Assembly (NCBI GenBank): GCA_002869265.1
Contig: PKTH01000011.1
Span: 10,843 to 74,842 of the forward strand
Source: Candidatus Parcubacteria bacterium
GTDB taxonomy: Bacteria > Patescibacteriota > Patescibacteriia > Patescibacteriales > BM507
Reading direction: 5' to 3'
DNA length: 64,000 bases
Made by a program: the position numbers and the translations under genes. Positions within the stretch are counted from its first letter, which is position 1; every line of letters begins with the position of its first letter. Of the stretch, positions 9,132 to 18,860 are shown in pieces. Below the pieces are notes generated by a model. That model was not told the origin of the DNA. It searched no databases and saw nothing but the letters and a program-made list of their open reading frames with translations.

Positions 9132-11621
9132 ATGAATTTGAATAAAATAAAAGAAAAAAATAAGAAAAAAATAGCATTTGCCTTTAGTGTTTTGTTTTTG
9201 TCTTTCTTTTTATTCTTTTCTGGTGCGCAGGGTGTTGATGCGGCCTGGTGGGACGCGGCTGTCGTGACAGTAGAAAAAATGGTTTTAATGCTCGTTGGGG
9301 GGTTCTTACAGATAATTGTCGGGGTAGTAGGGCTACTGGCGATGGTTGTTGTCCAAGCATTGATTTATATAGCTTCTTATAATAATTATGCCCATGAGGC
9401 AAGCGTGATAATGGCCTGGGGAGTGGTGAGGGATTTTTGTAATATGTTTTTTATACTAATTCTTTTAGTGATTGCCTTTGCTACTATTCTACGGATCGAA
9501 AGTTACAATATGAAACGCTGGCTTCCTAAGCTTTTAATGATGGCAGTGTTGATAAACTTTTCTAAAACCATTGCATCCCTTATTATTGATGTTTCACAAA
9601 TTTTTATGCTCACTTTTGTTTCTGCCATAGGGACAACTGGTGGAGCGATAATTTCTGCATTAGGTGTTCAAGGTTATTTTGACATAGTCAGAACCCAAAT
9701 AACGGAAAACAGCAAGTCTCCAAATCTCTTATCTACAATAATTGGCCTTATAATGGGTACTATTTTCTTGATAATAGCAACAATAGTTTTGATAGTGTTT
9801 TTAGGAGCCTTAGTTATTAGGATGGTTATGCTGTGGGTTTACACTGTTTTATCACCTTTAGCTTTTCTTTTAGCTGCCTTTCCAGGTGGCCAGAGTTATT
9901 CATCAAGATGGTGGAGTGAGTTTACAAAAAATGTGATCTCAGGACCTGTTTTGATGTTTTTCTTCTGGTTGGGCCTTATTGCAGCAAACGGTTATACCCC
10001 CTCTACCGAGGTCACAAGCCAATGTTTTGGTCCTGTTTCATCTCTTTGCCCAGATAATTTTCTTCATTTCATTATCGCGATTGGGATGCTTGTTGGTGGG
10101 TTGATAGTGACCTCTCAGATTGGTGGCGCAGCTGGCGGCCTAGCCGGCAAAGGAATGGGAGCTATAAACAAAGGTAAAGCACTAGCCTTGAGGCCAGGTC
10201 AAAAGGCAGGCGCTTGGGCAGGAAGGAAGGCAAAAAGTGGAGCATTGGCTACTGGTAGAGCAGGCCTTGGTCTTGCTAGTGGGTTTGACAGAGTGGCAGG
10301 AGCTAAGCTGGGTCTTGAAGGAGGAGCTCTTAGTACAGCTAGTAGGTCAGCATTGAACACAATAACGTTCCAAGGAAGGAGAGAGAAGTGGAGAAAGAAT
10401 AGAGAGGATAAAATGGATGTATATAATAATCAAAGAGACATAAACAGGGTTGAGGCTATGTCTGAAAACAATGACGAAGAAAGAAAAGCCAAAGAAGAGG
10501 CGGCTAGAAACATAACAACAAAGGAAGGCGGTAAAGAATTCACCTATGACCTAGCTAGTAAGAAATTTGTCAGAAAAGATAAAGACGGAAATATAATTGA
10601 GGATAAAGAAGTTCAGAAAATGTCTGAAAGAAAGATGAGAATGCTTGAAGGTTATTCTTCTGCTCATAGTGTTGCAAATGCTACAAAGAAAGCAGCCGAA
10701 GAAGAATCGGTTGAGAAGAAGTCTAATGAGTATGCTCAATCTGGGAAATCATCACAAGAACTCTATAGAATGCTTAGCGATGGATCTCTTTCTTCTAGAG
10801 ACAAGAAGGCTGTTGCTCTTGCTCTAGGAAAAGATGCAGACCACATAGGCAGTATGTCTAGACAACAAGTGAAAGAAGTTAGGGATATCTTGGGTCAAAA
10901 TAAAGGTCTTCAAGATAAATTTGATGAACCAATGCTCAAAAAATATGCCCACAAGATATATAACATTAAAGAGGATGTTGGCAAACAAAAATATATAAAA
11001 GCACTTAAGAGCGGTAAAATTGATGATCATCTTCATGAAAGTGCTTTAGAGGATGCAAATGTCCATAAAATAATAAGGAGCGCTTCTCAGGCTAAGTATG
11101 AGAGAATGATGAAAAATGCTAAAGAGGATACAAGCACCAGGGATGCTGCTAAAAAAGGTCTCAAGGAAGCTTTTAATACTAGTGACAACTCGCTAATTAA
11201 TGGAGTGATAGATCCATTTAGACAGCATTTTTCCAATATGTCAGACAGCATAGGAGAAGCACTTGAGGGTGTTGTAGATCCTAATATTATTCGAAGTAGT
11301 GTAGAGCAAATTGTCCAGAATGCAAGCACAAGTGATATTGCTTCGTTGAATCACAGTAATTTTAATACACAAGCAGCGTCAAGATTGTTTAATGGAGATA
11401 GTGTGTTGATAGATGAGTTTAGAGACAGTTTCGATCAAAATATGATGTCGAGATTAGATCAAAGAGAGATGTCAAGACTTCGGTCAGCCGAAGGCTTGAG
11501 AGATTACAGAGACTTTGAAAGATTGCATAACGCAAGAAATGCTTCAACAAGTGGAGGTCAAAATCAATCAAACAATCCGCCAACTATTCCTGGTTATCAG
11601 AGTAACCAACACCAACCGTAA
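9132..11621 (+). CDS. Extended VirB6/TrbL-like polytopic T4SS membrane protein with long charged C-terminal tail
   Basis: Multi-TM N-half with WGVVRDFCNMFFILILLVIAFATIL and RMVMLWVYTVLSPLAF…WW motifs, Gly/Ala-rich linker, ~450-aa hydrophilic tail; upstream of prgI/virB4. Confidence 0.7.
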   Translation: MNLNKIKEKNKKKIAFAFSVLFLSFFLFFSGAQGVDAAWWDAAVVTVEKMVLMLVGGFLQIIVGVVGLLAMVVVQALIYIASYNNYAHEASVIMAWGVVRDFCNMFFILILLVIAFATILRIESYNMKRWLPKLLMMAVLINFSKTIASLIIDVSQIFMLTFVSAIGTTGGAIISALGVQGYFDIVRTQITENSKSPNLLSTIIGLIMGTIFLIIATIVLIVFLGALVIRMVMLWVYTVLSPLAFLLAAFPGGQSYSSRWWSEFTKNVISGPVLMFFFWLGLIAANGYTPSTEVTSQCFGPVSSLCPDNFLHFIIAIGMLVGGLIVTSQIGGAAGGLAGKGMGAINKGKALALRPGQKAGAWAGRKAKSGALATGRAGLGLASGFDRVAGAKLGLEGGALSTASRSALNTITFQGRREKWRKNREDKMDVYNNQRDINRVEAMSENNDEERKAKEEAARNITTKEGGKEFTYDLASKKFVRKDKDGNIIEDKEVQKMSERKMRMLEGYSSAHSVANATKKAAEEESVEKKSNEYAQSGKSSQELYRMLSDGSLSSRDKKAVALALGKDADHIGSMSRQQVKEVRDILGQNKGLQDKFDEPMLKKYAHKIYNIKEDVGKQKYIKALKSGKIDDHLHESALEDANVHKIIRSASQAKYERMMKNAKEDTSTRDAAKKGLKEAFNTSDNSLINGVIDPFRQHFSNMSDSIGEALEGVVDPNIIRSSVEQIVQNASTSDIASLNHSNFNTQAASRLFNGDSVLIDEFRDSFDQNMMSRLDQREMSRLRSAEGLRDYRDFERLHNARNASTSGGQNQSNNPPTIPGYQSNQHQP

Positions 11622-11625
11622 AATT

Positions 11626-12813
11626 ATGATAAAAAACTTTGACGAAAAATTAAATAAACTACCAAAAGATGTACGAGAGTATCTTCTCTTTGAGACGGGC
11701 TCTAGACTAGAAAGGTATTTAATTCAGAACTACCAGATATCTTCTAAAGAGTATACAATTGGTGATCTTCTTTGTATGGTCTACTTTGGTGATCTTTCAC
11801 TTGAAAAAGTCCTAGATTTCTTTAGGGAAAATTTTGAGCCGTCCGACGAAAGAGCAAAGAAGTTTATTTTAGATTTAATTGGAATCAGGATTTTACCCAT
11901 TAAAGATTACCTGAAAAACGAAGACTTTGAGTATGTTATTTATAATTTAGGCGGCAATATAGATGATTATAATAAGTTTATTGAATTCAGCAGAATGGCT
12001 GCCGAAAAAGAATCAAGAGGGGAAATGGTGGAAATCGATGATATTTTAGGAATAAAAAAGGGCGAAGAGCAATTCGAAGAGACCCTTAATAGGCTTAGCC
12101 CAGATTTGGATGAGAAAAGCGAGAAAAGGGATAGCTTAAAAGTGTTTGAAACATCAATTAAGCAGATGTTGGTTAGTGCGGATAAAGATATATTGGAGGA
12201 TTATAATTTAGCCTTGATGGAGCTGATAACAGATGATGTTAAATTTAAAAGAGATCTTGAAAATAGTCTTTATCATAATAACGAACTATTAACAACTTCT
12301 AAATTTAAGTTGGGAGAAAAAGAGGAAAAACCCACAATTGGAAATTGGCTAAAAGATTTTATAAAAAGAGTAGGAACTAAGAACTTTTCAAATGTTACTT
12401 TAATGGATTACCTGACCAAAAATGCAAACACCAAAAATCTTTATACTAATGAAAGAGTTCTCTTAAGTAAGCTTTTGCAACTTTATAGGAACCTTAAATT
12501 TTTCCCAGAAAGCCAAAAGGGTCTTCGAGAAGAAAACTGGGAAATAATTCCAGCCGAAGAAATAAAAGAGACAAAGATTGGGCACAGGTCTATTGGGGTG
12601 CCAAAAACAGAGGCTGAAAAGAATATTGAAAAATTAGAAGAAGAGTCGAAAGATTTTGAAGAGAATAGTCTTGAAAAACTTGCCATAGAAGAGGCAATTG
12701 ATAAAGAAAAGAAAATTGAAGAATTGCGATTTATGGCGACTAAGTTTGCCGAAGATAGTTTGGAAAAGAAAGCGATTGAAGAAGAAATAAAAAAAATGGA
12801 ACACGAAAAATAA
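11626..12813 (+). CDS. Hypothetical protein (N-terminal helical domain shared with next ORF; C-terminal 30-aa tandem duplication)
   Basis: ATG at 11626, 4 nt after the upstream stop, preferred over the TTG at 11515, which overlaps the upstream gene. Confidence 0.65.
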   Translation: MIKNFDEKLNKLPKDVREYLLFETGSRLERYLIQNYQISSKEYTIGDLLCMVYFGDLSLEKVLDFFRENFEPSDERAKKFILDLIGIRILPIKDYLKNEDFEYVIYNLGGNIDDYNKFIEFSRMAAEKESRGEMVEIDDILGIKKGEEQFEETLNRLSPDLDEKSEKRDSLKVFETSIKQMLVSADKDILEDYNLALMELITDDVKFKRDLENSLYHNNELLTTSKFKLGEKEEKPTIGNWLKDFIKRVGTKNFSNVTLMDYLTKNANTKNLYTNERVLLSKLLQLYRNLKFFPESQKGLREENWEIIPAEEIKETKIGHRSIGVPKTEAEKNIEKLEEESKDFEENSLEKLAIEEAIDKEKKIEELRFMATKFAEDSLEKKAIEEEIKKMEHEK

Positions 12814-14352
12814 ATGCTTGATTATTTAACAAAATTTAATGCTTTGCCAAAGTACTTGAAGGATAAAATGTCAGATCCTTCTATTTTGAGTGCAGTGAAG
12901 GCTATAGAGGAAAAGTATGATCTAAGTCTAGCAGCAACAATAATGAAAGTGATGGTAAAAGATATTTCTATTTTGGATTTATCTAAGTATTTTGTTTTCG
13001 AACATGATCTTTCAGGAGACAAGGCAGAAGAATTGGTTACTGAGTTAAAAAACAAGGTTTTGTATGTTGCCGCTGAACACCTGGGCTTAAAAGATGTTAA
13101 ACAAAAAGATTTGATTGGAATAGAGGATCAAGAAAAAGACAATGATGAAAACAGGGTAAAAAGCTCAAACTTTTTTTTCTCATCTGAGGATGAGGAGGAG
13201 GTTTCTAGCTTAACTCAGAAACTAGGCACTGTTGGGAAAGAGAAAAAAATAGATGAAAAAAAGATAGATAGTGTTATTAATGACGTTATTTTTGACACAG
13301 GAGTTAGTTTTAGCTCTTCAGATCTCTCTGAGCGTTTTATAAAGGTTTTGAAAACCTACACAAAAGGGGTAAGAAAAAGAATTGATACCAAATTAACTCT
13401 GGCAAAAGATGTAGACAAAGGTGGTCTCGGTATGAGTGGTGGACGAGTAGAGGAGGTTTTGAAACTGTTAGATAAAAAAAATAAAGAAAGCGGTTCGGAT
13501 ATCTTTGAAATAAAGCTTAAAGAAGATTCTCTGGATACAAAGCCAAAAATTGATCAATTAATAGAGAAGACCGAAAAGAACAACCATGACAAAGAAAAAA
13601 AATCTGGCCTAGAGAATTTTAGAAAAAAAGTTGATGCAGGGGCGCTAAACGAATCAAGAGATGTGGCTTATGACCTGTCGTCTATGCCTAAAAAGACTGA
13701 CACAAAAGATAAACAGTCATCAGCAAAAGAAAAGAACGTTACTGAAATCCCCAAAAAAGAGGCAAGTAGTAGTCCTAAGTTAGATGAAAAAGGTTTCCCA
13801 GTCGTAGGGACCCCAGTTATCAATAGCCTGCCAAATGTTAAAGAAAATATTCCCGAAAAAAAAGATTCTCCAGAAATAAAAAAACCACTCAAAGCACCGA
13901 TCAAGTCCGTTCAAAAAGAAAAAAATCTTGATGATCATATAGCGGGGAAAGATGGTAAATTCAAGCCAAGAATTGTGGCCCCCGAAACAGGGAAGAAAAG
14001 AGTAGAGGATGTGAAAGCGGTTCCGAGATTAATGGGCCCTATTGATGAGCTTTTAAATATGACAATTATTGATTTTCGAAGACTTGATTCTGACCCGATG
14101 AGAGCGGCAGCAAAAATAAAAGAAAAAATTGACCTACTTGGAGAAGACGGGATTAAGAAAAAATTGGAAGGTAAGGCCGCTTGGAGAAAAAGTAAAGTTT
14201 TTAAAGAGTATATAGATATTGGAAGGAAGGCAATTGGTCAGAAAAAACCAATTTACGAAGTTATTAATGATAAAACATTTAGCAATCAAGAGACATTGAA
14301 AGAAGCCGAATTTGAGGCCGTCTTAAATCTAAATAGAGAAATTAGATTTTAA
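12814..14352 (+). CDS. Hypothetical protein with long Lys/Glu/Pro-rich central linker
   Basis: 512-aa ORF abutting the upstream stop; conserved-looking C-terminal block GPIDELLNMTIIDFRRL…FEAVLNLN. Confidence 0.7.
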   Translation: MLDYLTKFNALPKYLKDKMSDPSILSAVKAIEEKYDLSLAATIMKVMVKDISILDLSKYFVFEHDLSGDKAEELVTELKNKVLYVAAEHLGLKDVKQKDLIGIEDQEKDNDENRVKSSNFFFSSEDEEEVSSLTQKLGTVGKEKKIDEKKIDSVINDVIFDTGVSFSSSDLSERFIKVLKTYTKGVRKRIDTKLTLAKDVDKGGLGMSGGRVEEVLKLLDKKNKESGSDIFEIKLKEDSLDTKPKIDQLIEKTEKNNHDKEKKSGLENFRKKVDAGALNESRDVAYDLSSMPKKTDTKDKQSSAKEKNVTEIPKKEASSSPKLDEKGFPVVGTPVINSLPNVKENIPEKKDSPEIKKPLKAPIKSVQKEKNLDDHIAGKDGKFKPRIVAPETGKKRVEDVKAVPRLMGPIDELLNMTIIDFRRLDSDPMRAAAKIKEKIDLLGEDGIKKKLEGKAAWRKSKVFKEYIDIGRKAIGQKKPIYEVINDKTFSNQETLKEAEFEAVLNLNREIRF

Positions 14353-14354
14353 AT

Positions 14355-14831
14355 ATGCAACAGTTTACAGTACCACAATTTATTGATGTAGAGGATAAAA
14401 TAATCGGACCAGTAACTACAAGACAATTTGTTATTATCTTGTCTGGCTCCTTGATTCTTTTTATTATTTTTAAATTTTTCAATCTACTTTACCTTTTAAC
14501 TGTTGGTAGCTTTGTGTTTATCAATATGGTGCTCTTTGCTTTTTTTAAAGTAGCAGGTAGACCGTTTCATTTTTTTGTTTTAAATTTTATTCAAACGCTT
14601 TTAAAAGCGGGGACTAGGGTTTGGCAAAATCTACCAGCAAGTGAAGAGAAGGAAGAAATAATGGTCCACAAGGTCGAGACGAAAAGAATAAAACAAAGAG
14701 AATATACTTCTTCTAGGCTAGCTGAGCTATCTTTGATTGTCGACACTCAGGGGAAATTTAAACATGAAAATGGAAGTGCTGATATAGAGAGCGGCCTAGG
14801 GATAAAAAATAAAATTAACGAGATTTTATAA
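14355..14831 (+). CDS. prgI: PrgI family (VirB3-like) T4SS protein
   Basis: MQQFTVPQFIDVEDKIIGPVTTRQF N-terminus, two TM helices, upstream of VirB4. Confidence 0.85.
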   Translation: MQQFTVPQFIDVEDKIIGPVTTRQFVIILSGSLILFIIFKFFNLLYLLTVGSFVFINMVLFAFFKVAGRPFHFFVLNFIQTLLKAGTRVWQNLPASEEKEEIMVHKVETKRIKQREYTSSRLAELSLIVDTQGKFKHENGSADIESGLGIKNKINEIL

Positions 14832-14832
14832 T

Positions 14833-15522
14833 ATGACCAATAAAGGAAAATTAGCAAGGAATAAAGTACAAGCCTCAACACAGAAATATGTTGATATTGG
14901 TGAAATAAAAGAGGACACTGTAGTGATGCGTGATGGAACCATGAGGGCGGTTTTACTTGTCTCAAGTATTAATTTTGCTCTAAAGAGTGAAGAGGAGCAG
15001 AACGCAACTATCTCTTCTTATGTGAGCTTTTTGAATAATATAAGTTTCCCATTACAGATTATAATCCAGTCAAGAGAATTAAACATTGAAGAATATATTA
15101 TAAGGTTGAGGGAGAAGGAAAATGAACAAACCAACGAGCTTTTGAAAATGCAGACAGCTGACTATATTGCCTATATCCAAGAATTAGTTGATATGAGTAG
15201 AATTATGAACAAGAGGTTTTATGTGGTGGTTCCATATAACCCCTTATCAGACAAACAGAAAGGATTTTTTGCCAGGCTTTTCGATCTTTTTAGACCAGAC
15301 TCAGCCGTTAAAATGAGAGACAAAGCATTTAATAATAGACGCAAAGAACTAAACAGAAGAGTTGATAATGTTTTGGGTGGCCTAACCTCTATGGGTCTTA
15401 GCGCAGTTCAGCTAGACACTCAAAGTTTGATTGAATTGTATTATAATACATATAACCCTATTACATCGGCCAACGAAAAATTGGTTAAAACAGAAAAATT
15501 AAGGGTAAATAAACAAAACTAA
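14833..15522 (+). CDS. VirB4/TraC N-terminal-like accessory protein
   Basis: SSINFALKSEEEQ…FPLQIIIQSR…KRFYVVVPY…LYYNTYNP pattern; position between prgI and virB4. Confidence 0.65.
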   Translation: MTNKGKLARNKVQASTQKYVDIGEIKEDTVVMRDGTMRAVLLVSSINFALKSEEEQNATISSYVSFLNNISFPLQIIIQSRELNIEEYIIRLREKENEQTNELLKMQTADYIAYIQELVDMSRIMNKRFYVVVPYNPLSDKQKGFFARLFDLFRPDSAVKMRDKAFNNRRKELNRRVDNVLGGLTSMGLSAVQLDTQSLIELYYNTYNPITSANEKLVKTEKLRVNKQN

Positions 15523-15524
15523 TT

Positions 15525-17420
15525 ATGGTTAATTTTAAAAAATTAAACAATTTAGATAGTAGCAAAGAAGAAGATAAATACTCCCAGGGACAGCAAAAGA
15601 CAAATATTGATGTAACTAAAGATCTTATCGAAGAAGAGAAGGAATATAGAAGAGGTTCCTTGTCTATTAGGGACTTGATTGCTCCTGCAAGCTTTCAGGT
15701 TAACCCAAGTTATTTAATGCTCGGGGACAAGTTTGTCAGAACAATATTTGTAATCACGTATCCTCGTTATATTAGTGTTGGGTGGTTCGCTCCGGTTATC
15801 AATCTTAACTCTACTTTTGATGTTTCAATGTTTTTCTATCCGGTTAACAATACCATGGTTTTGAAACAGCTGAAAAACAAGGTTGGTGCCCTTGAAGCTC
15901 AAATCATTTCTGATGCTGAGAAAGGAGCAGCTCGTGACCCATTAAGAGAAACAGCCTTGAGAGATATTGAAGCACTAAGAGATGCCCTAACCCAGGGAAT
16001 AGAAAAGTTTTTCCAATTTGCACTATATGTAACTCTTTACGCTGACTCAAAGAAAGAGCTTGATAGAATGTCGGATGAGGTTGAAGATATATTTGGTTCA
16101 CGCTTAGTTTATTCTAGAAGAGTTTTTTATCAAGCTGAGCAAGGATTCAATTCGACTATGCCTCTGGGTAATGACGAATTATATATTGCTTTCAATATGA
16201 ATTCATCACCGATTGCTTCTTCTTTTCCTTTTATTTCTAGTGAGCTTACAAGTGATAATGGTATTTTGTATGGAATTAACAGACATAATAATAGTTTGAT
16301 ACTCTTTGATAGATTTAGTTTGCAAAATGCTAATACGGTTGTATTTGCTACTTCCGGTGCTGGTAAAAGTTATGCTATTAAATTAGAGGTGTTAAGGAGT
16401 TTGATGCTAGGAACGGATGTTATGATTATCGACCCGGAGTTTGAGTATAAATATCTATCGGATGCAGTTGGAGGGACTTATATTAATGTTTCTTTATCAT
16501 CTGAGAACAAGATTAACCCCTTTGACTTGCCAAGATCAATTGGAGGAGACTCTAAAGCAGGGGATATAATTAGAAGTGCTGTTATAACTGTAAAGGGGCT
16601 TATTAGACTTATGCTTGGTGATCTAACCCATGAAGAAGATTCGATAATTGACAGAGCACTCTTGGAAACTTATGCTAAAAAAGACATAACCCCAGAAAGT
16701 GATCTCAATAATATAGAGCCCCCAGTTATGCAGGACTTTCAAGACGTTTTGGAAGGAATGGAGGGTGGAAACAGTCTTGCGCTTCGTTTGAAAAAATATA
16801 CCGAAGGAACTTTCTCAGGACTTTTTAATAGCCCCACCAACGTTGAGATGGACAACAACTTGGTTTGTTTCAGTGTTCGTGATTTAGAAGATGAGCTGAG
16901 ACCTATTTCAATTTATACTGTCGTAAATTATATTTGGAATGTGGTTAGGTCAGAGATGAAGAAGAGAATATTGGTAATAGATGAGGCTTGGTGGTTGATG
17001 CAACACGAGGATTCAGCAAAGTTTATATTCGCCCTGGTTAAGAGATGCAGAAAATACTATCTGGGTGTAACCACGATCACACAAGATGTAAATGACTTTT
17101 TAACTTCTCCTTATGGACAAGCTATTGTTACCAACTCATCTTTGCAACTACTTCTGAAGCAATCTACAGCCGGGGTCGATCTTATTCAGAAAACCTTTGC
17201 CCTAACGGAAGGAGAAAAATATTTACTTTTAGAGTCTGGTCTTGGTGAAGGGATTTTCTTTGCGGGTTCAAAGCATGCGGCAATAAAAATAGTCGCTTCA
17301 TATACAGAAGACCAACTAATCACATCTTACCCAAGACAATTAATGCAGATAGAAGACTCTAAAAAAGAATTTGACGAGAGTTTGGCCGATGAATATGATA
17401 CTAATCGGAGTGAAGAATAA
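15525..17420 (+). CDS. virB4: VirB4-like T4SS ATPase
   Basis: Walker A ATSGAGKS, IIDPEFEY, Walker B ILVIDEAW, RCRKY…TITQ motifs. Confidence 0.9.
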   Translation: MVNFKKLNNLDSSKEEDKYSQGQQKTNIDVTKDLIEEEKEYRRGSLSIRDLIAPASFQVNPSYLMLGDKFVRTIFVITYPRYISVGWFAPVINLNSTFDVSMFFYPVNNTMVLKQLKNKVGALEAQIISDAEKGAARDPLRETALRDIEALRDALTQGIEKFFQFALYVTLYADSKKELDRMSDEVEDIFGSRLVYSRRVFYQAEQGFNSTMPLGNDELYIAFNMNSSPIASSFPFISSELTSDNGILYGINRHNNSLILFDRFSLQNANTVVFATSGAGKSYAIKLEVLRSLMLGTDVMIIDPEFEYKYLSDAVGGTYINVSLSSENKINPFDLPRSIGGDSKAGDIIRSAVITVKGLIRLMLGDLTHEEDSIIDRALLETYAKKDITPESDLNNIEPPVMQDFQDVLEGMEGGNSLALRLKKYTEGTFSGLFNSPTNVEMDNNLVCFSVRDLEDELRPISIYTVVNYIWNVVRSEMKKRILVIDEAWWLMQHEDSAKFIFALVKRCRKYYLGVTTITQDVNDFLTSPYGQAIVTNSSLQLLLKQSTAGVDLIQKTFALTEGEKYLLLESGLGEGIFFAGSKHAAIKIVASYTEDQLITSYPRQLMQIEDSKKEFDESLADEYDTNRSEE

Positions 17421-17431
17421 GTTTTAAATTT

Positions 17432-18109
17432 ATGAGTACAAAAATAATAGGAATTCTAATAATCATAATAGGGCTTGGAGGTCTTTTTGGCGCAGCCTAT
17501 TATGTTTATAGAGAAATGTACTATGTTCCAGATGAACCGGTTGTTCTTATTGATCAAACAGAGGAAGAAGAGATAGAGGTAGAGAAAGAAGAGACAATAA
17601 TTCCTAAAAACAATCTATTAAATATCCCTGTAAAGACAGAGGAGGGTAGTACTGAAAAAATATTAGAAAGACAAAAGGAGAGTGTTGTTATTAGTGCTAA
17701 AGACTCTAATCAAGAAGAGTCTACACCATTGGTGGAGAGTCAATTGAAGAGGACGGCAGCTCTTTTTATTGAGAGATTTGGTTCTTATTCAAATCAGTCT
17801 AATTTTTCAAATATTAGTGATTTGAAAATATACATGAGTGAGGGAATGAAGGTTTGGGCAGATGACTTTGTCCAAAAAAACAACGTTGACAGAGATGTCT
17901 CTACTTATTATGGTATAACAACAAAGGCTATTTCGCAGGATGTTGAATTTATAGATGAGAGTGCTGGAAACGTTTCTATTTTAGTGACATCCTTGCGTAG
18001 AGAAACAGGCGGAGACTTGAGCGAAGACAATTCTTTTTATCAAGAAGCTTTGGTCAGATTTGTTTTAGAAAAAGGGTTTTGGAAAGTAAGTAGTGCTAAT
18101 TGGCAATAA
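17432..18109 (+). CDS. Single-TM protein with C-terminal NTF2-like (VirB8/TcpC-like) domain
   Basis: N-terminal TM, acidic linker, A-x-x-F-I-E-R-F-G-S-Y helix, terminal WKVS strand; follows virB4. Confidence 0.5.
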   Translation: MSTKIIGILIIIIGLGGLFGAAYYVYREMYYVPDEPVVLIDQTEEEEIEVEKEETIIPKNNLLNIPVKTEEGSTEKILERQKESVVISAKDSNQEESTPLVESQLKRTAALFIERFGSYSNQSNFSNISDLKIYMSEGMKVWADDFVQKNNVDRDVSTYYGITTKAISQDVEFIDESAGNVSILVTSLRRETGGDLSEDNSFYQEALVRFVLEKGFWKVSSANWQ

Positions 18110-18110
18110 T

Positions 18111-18860
18111 ATGAAAAAAGACAGTATAAAAATTTCAACTTTTGTTTTCGTTACGTTCTCACTATCAGCTTTTGTGGTGGTAAGTTTTTTATTTATTTTT
18201 CTTAGTTCTAAGATTAAATACGCAGTTGTAAATAGCGATTCTTATTCTGAGGAAACACGAAATATAAGATATGAAGAAAATGCAGGGCACGATGATCCTT
18301 TTTTAACTAAGGCAAGCACGTATAGAAGGACCATAGCAGGGCCAATAATTTCAAATTTTGATCCCTATATTGGTAATCTAGAATCACCAATCAAGATAAT
18401 TGTTTATTCAGATTTTACTTGTCCTTATTGTTATGAGCAGGAGAGGGTTATAAAAAAAGTTATTGATAAGTATGGTGAGTCTGTTCGATTTATTTGGAAA
18501 GATTATCCGGAGCTAGATATTGAATCAATGTCTTTTCGAGGGGCTGTTGCAGCCCGTTGTGCTCAAGAACAAGACGCTTTCTGGCTTTTTCATGACAGAC
18601 TCTTTGCCAAGAAAGGTGTATTTGATGAAGAAGATTTTATTGAAATTGGAAAAAATATAGGTTTAAATATTGGGAAGTTTAATGTTTGCATTGAAAATTA
18701 CGACACCCAAAAACTAATATTAGACAACGTGGAGGAAGCCAATGCCCTCGGGATAATAGGGGTTCCTAATGTTTATGTTAATGACAGGGAATTTATTGGT
18801 AATGTTAGCGAAAAAGATTTTTCTTTAATTATAGATAATGAGCTCAAGGCAAATGAGTAA
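18111..18860 (+). CDS. Membrane-anchored DsbA/thioredoxin-fold oxidoreductase
   Basis: YSDFTCPYC active site and GIIGVP cis-Pro loop; ATG 18111 follows the upstream stop. Confidence 0.85.
   Translation: MKKDSIKISTFVFVTFSLSAFVVVSFLFIFLSSKIKYAVVNSDSYSEETRNIRYEENAGHDDPFLTKASTYRRTIAGPIISNFDPYIGNLESPIKIIVYSDFTCPYCYEQERVIKKVIDKYGESVRFIWKDYPELDIESMSFRGAVAARCAQEQDAFWLFHDRLFAKKGVFDEEDFIEIGKNIGLNIGKFNVCIENYDTQKLILDNVEEANALGIIGVPNVYVNDREFIGNVSEKDFSLIIDNELKANE

Noticed and set aside
9132..18109. Integrative conjugative element or plasmid
   Set aside because: No relaxase, coupling protein, integrase or att sites in the window; the operon continues into housekeeping radA (upstream sequence not visible)
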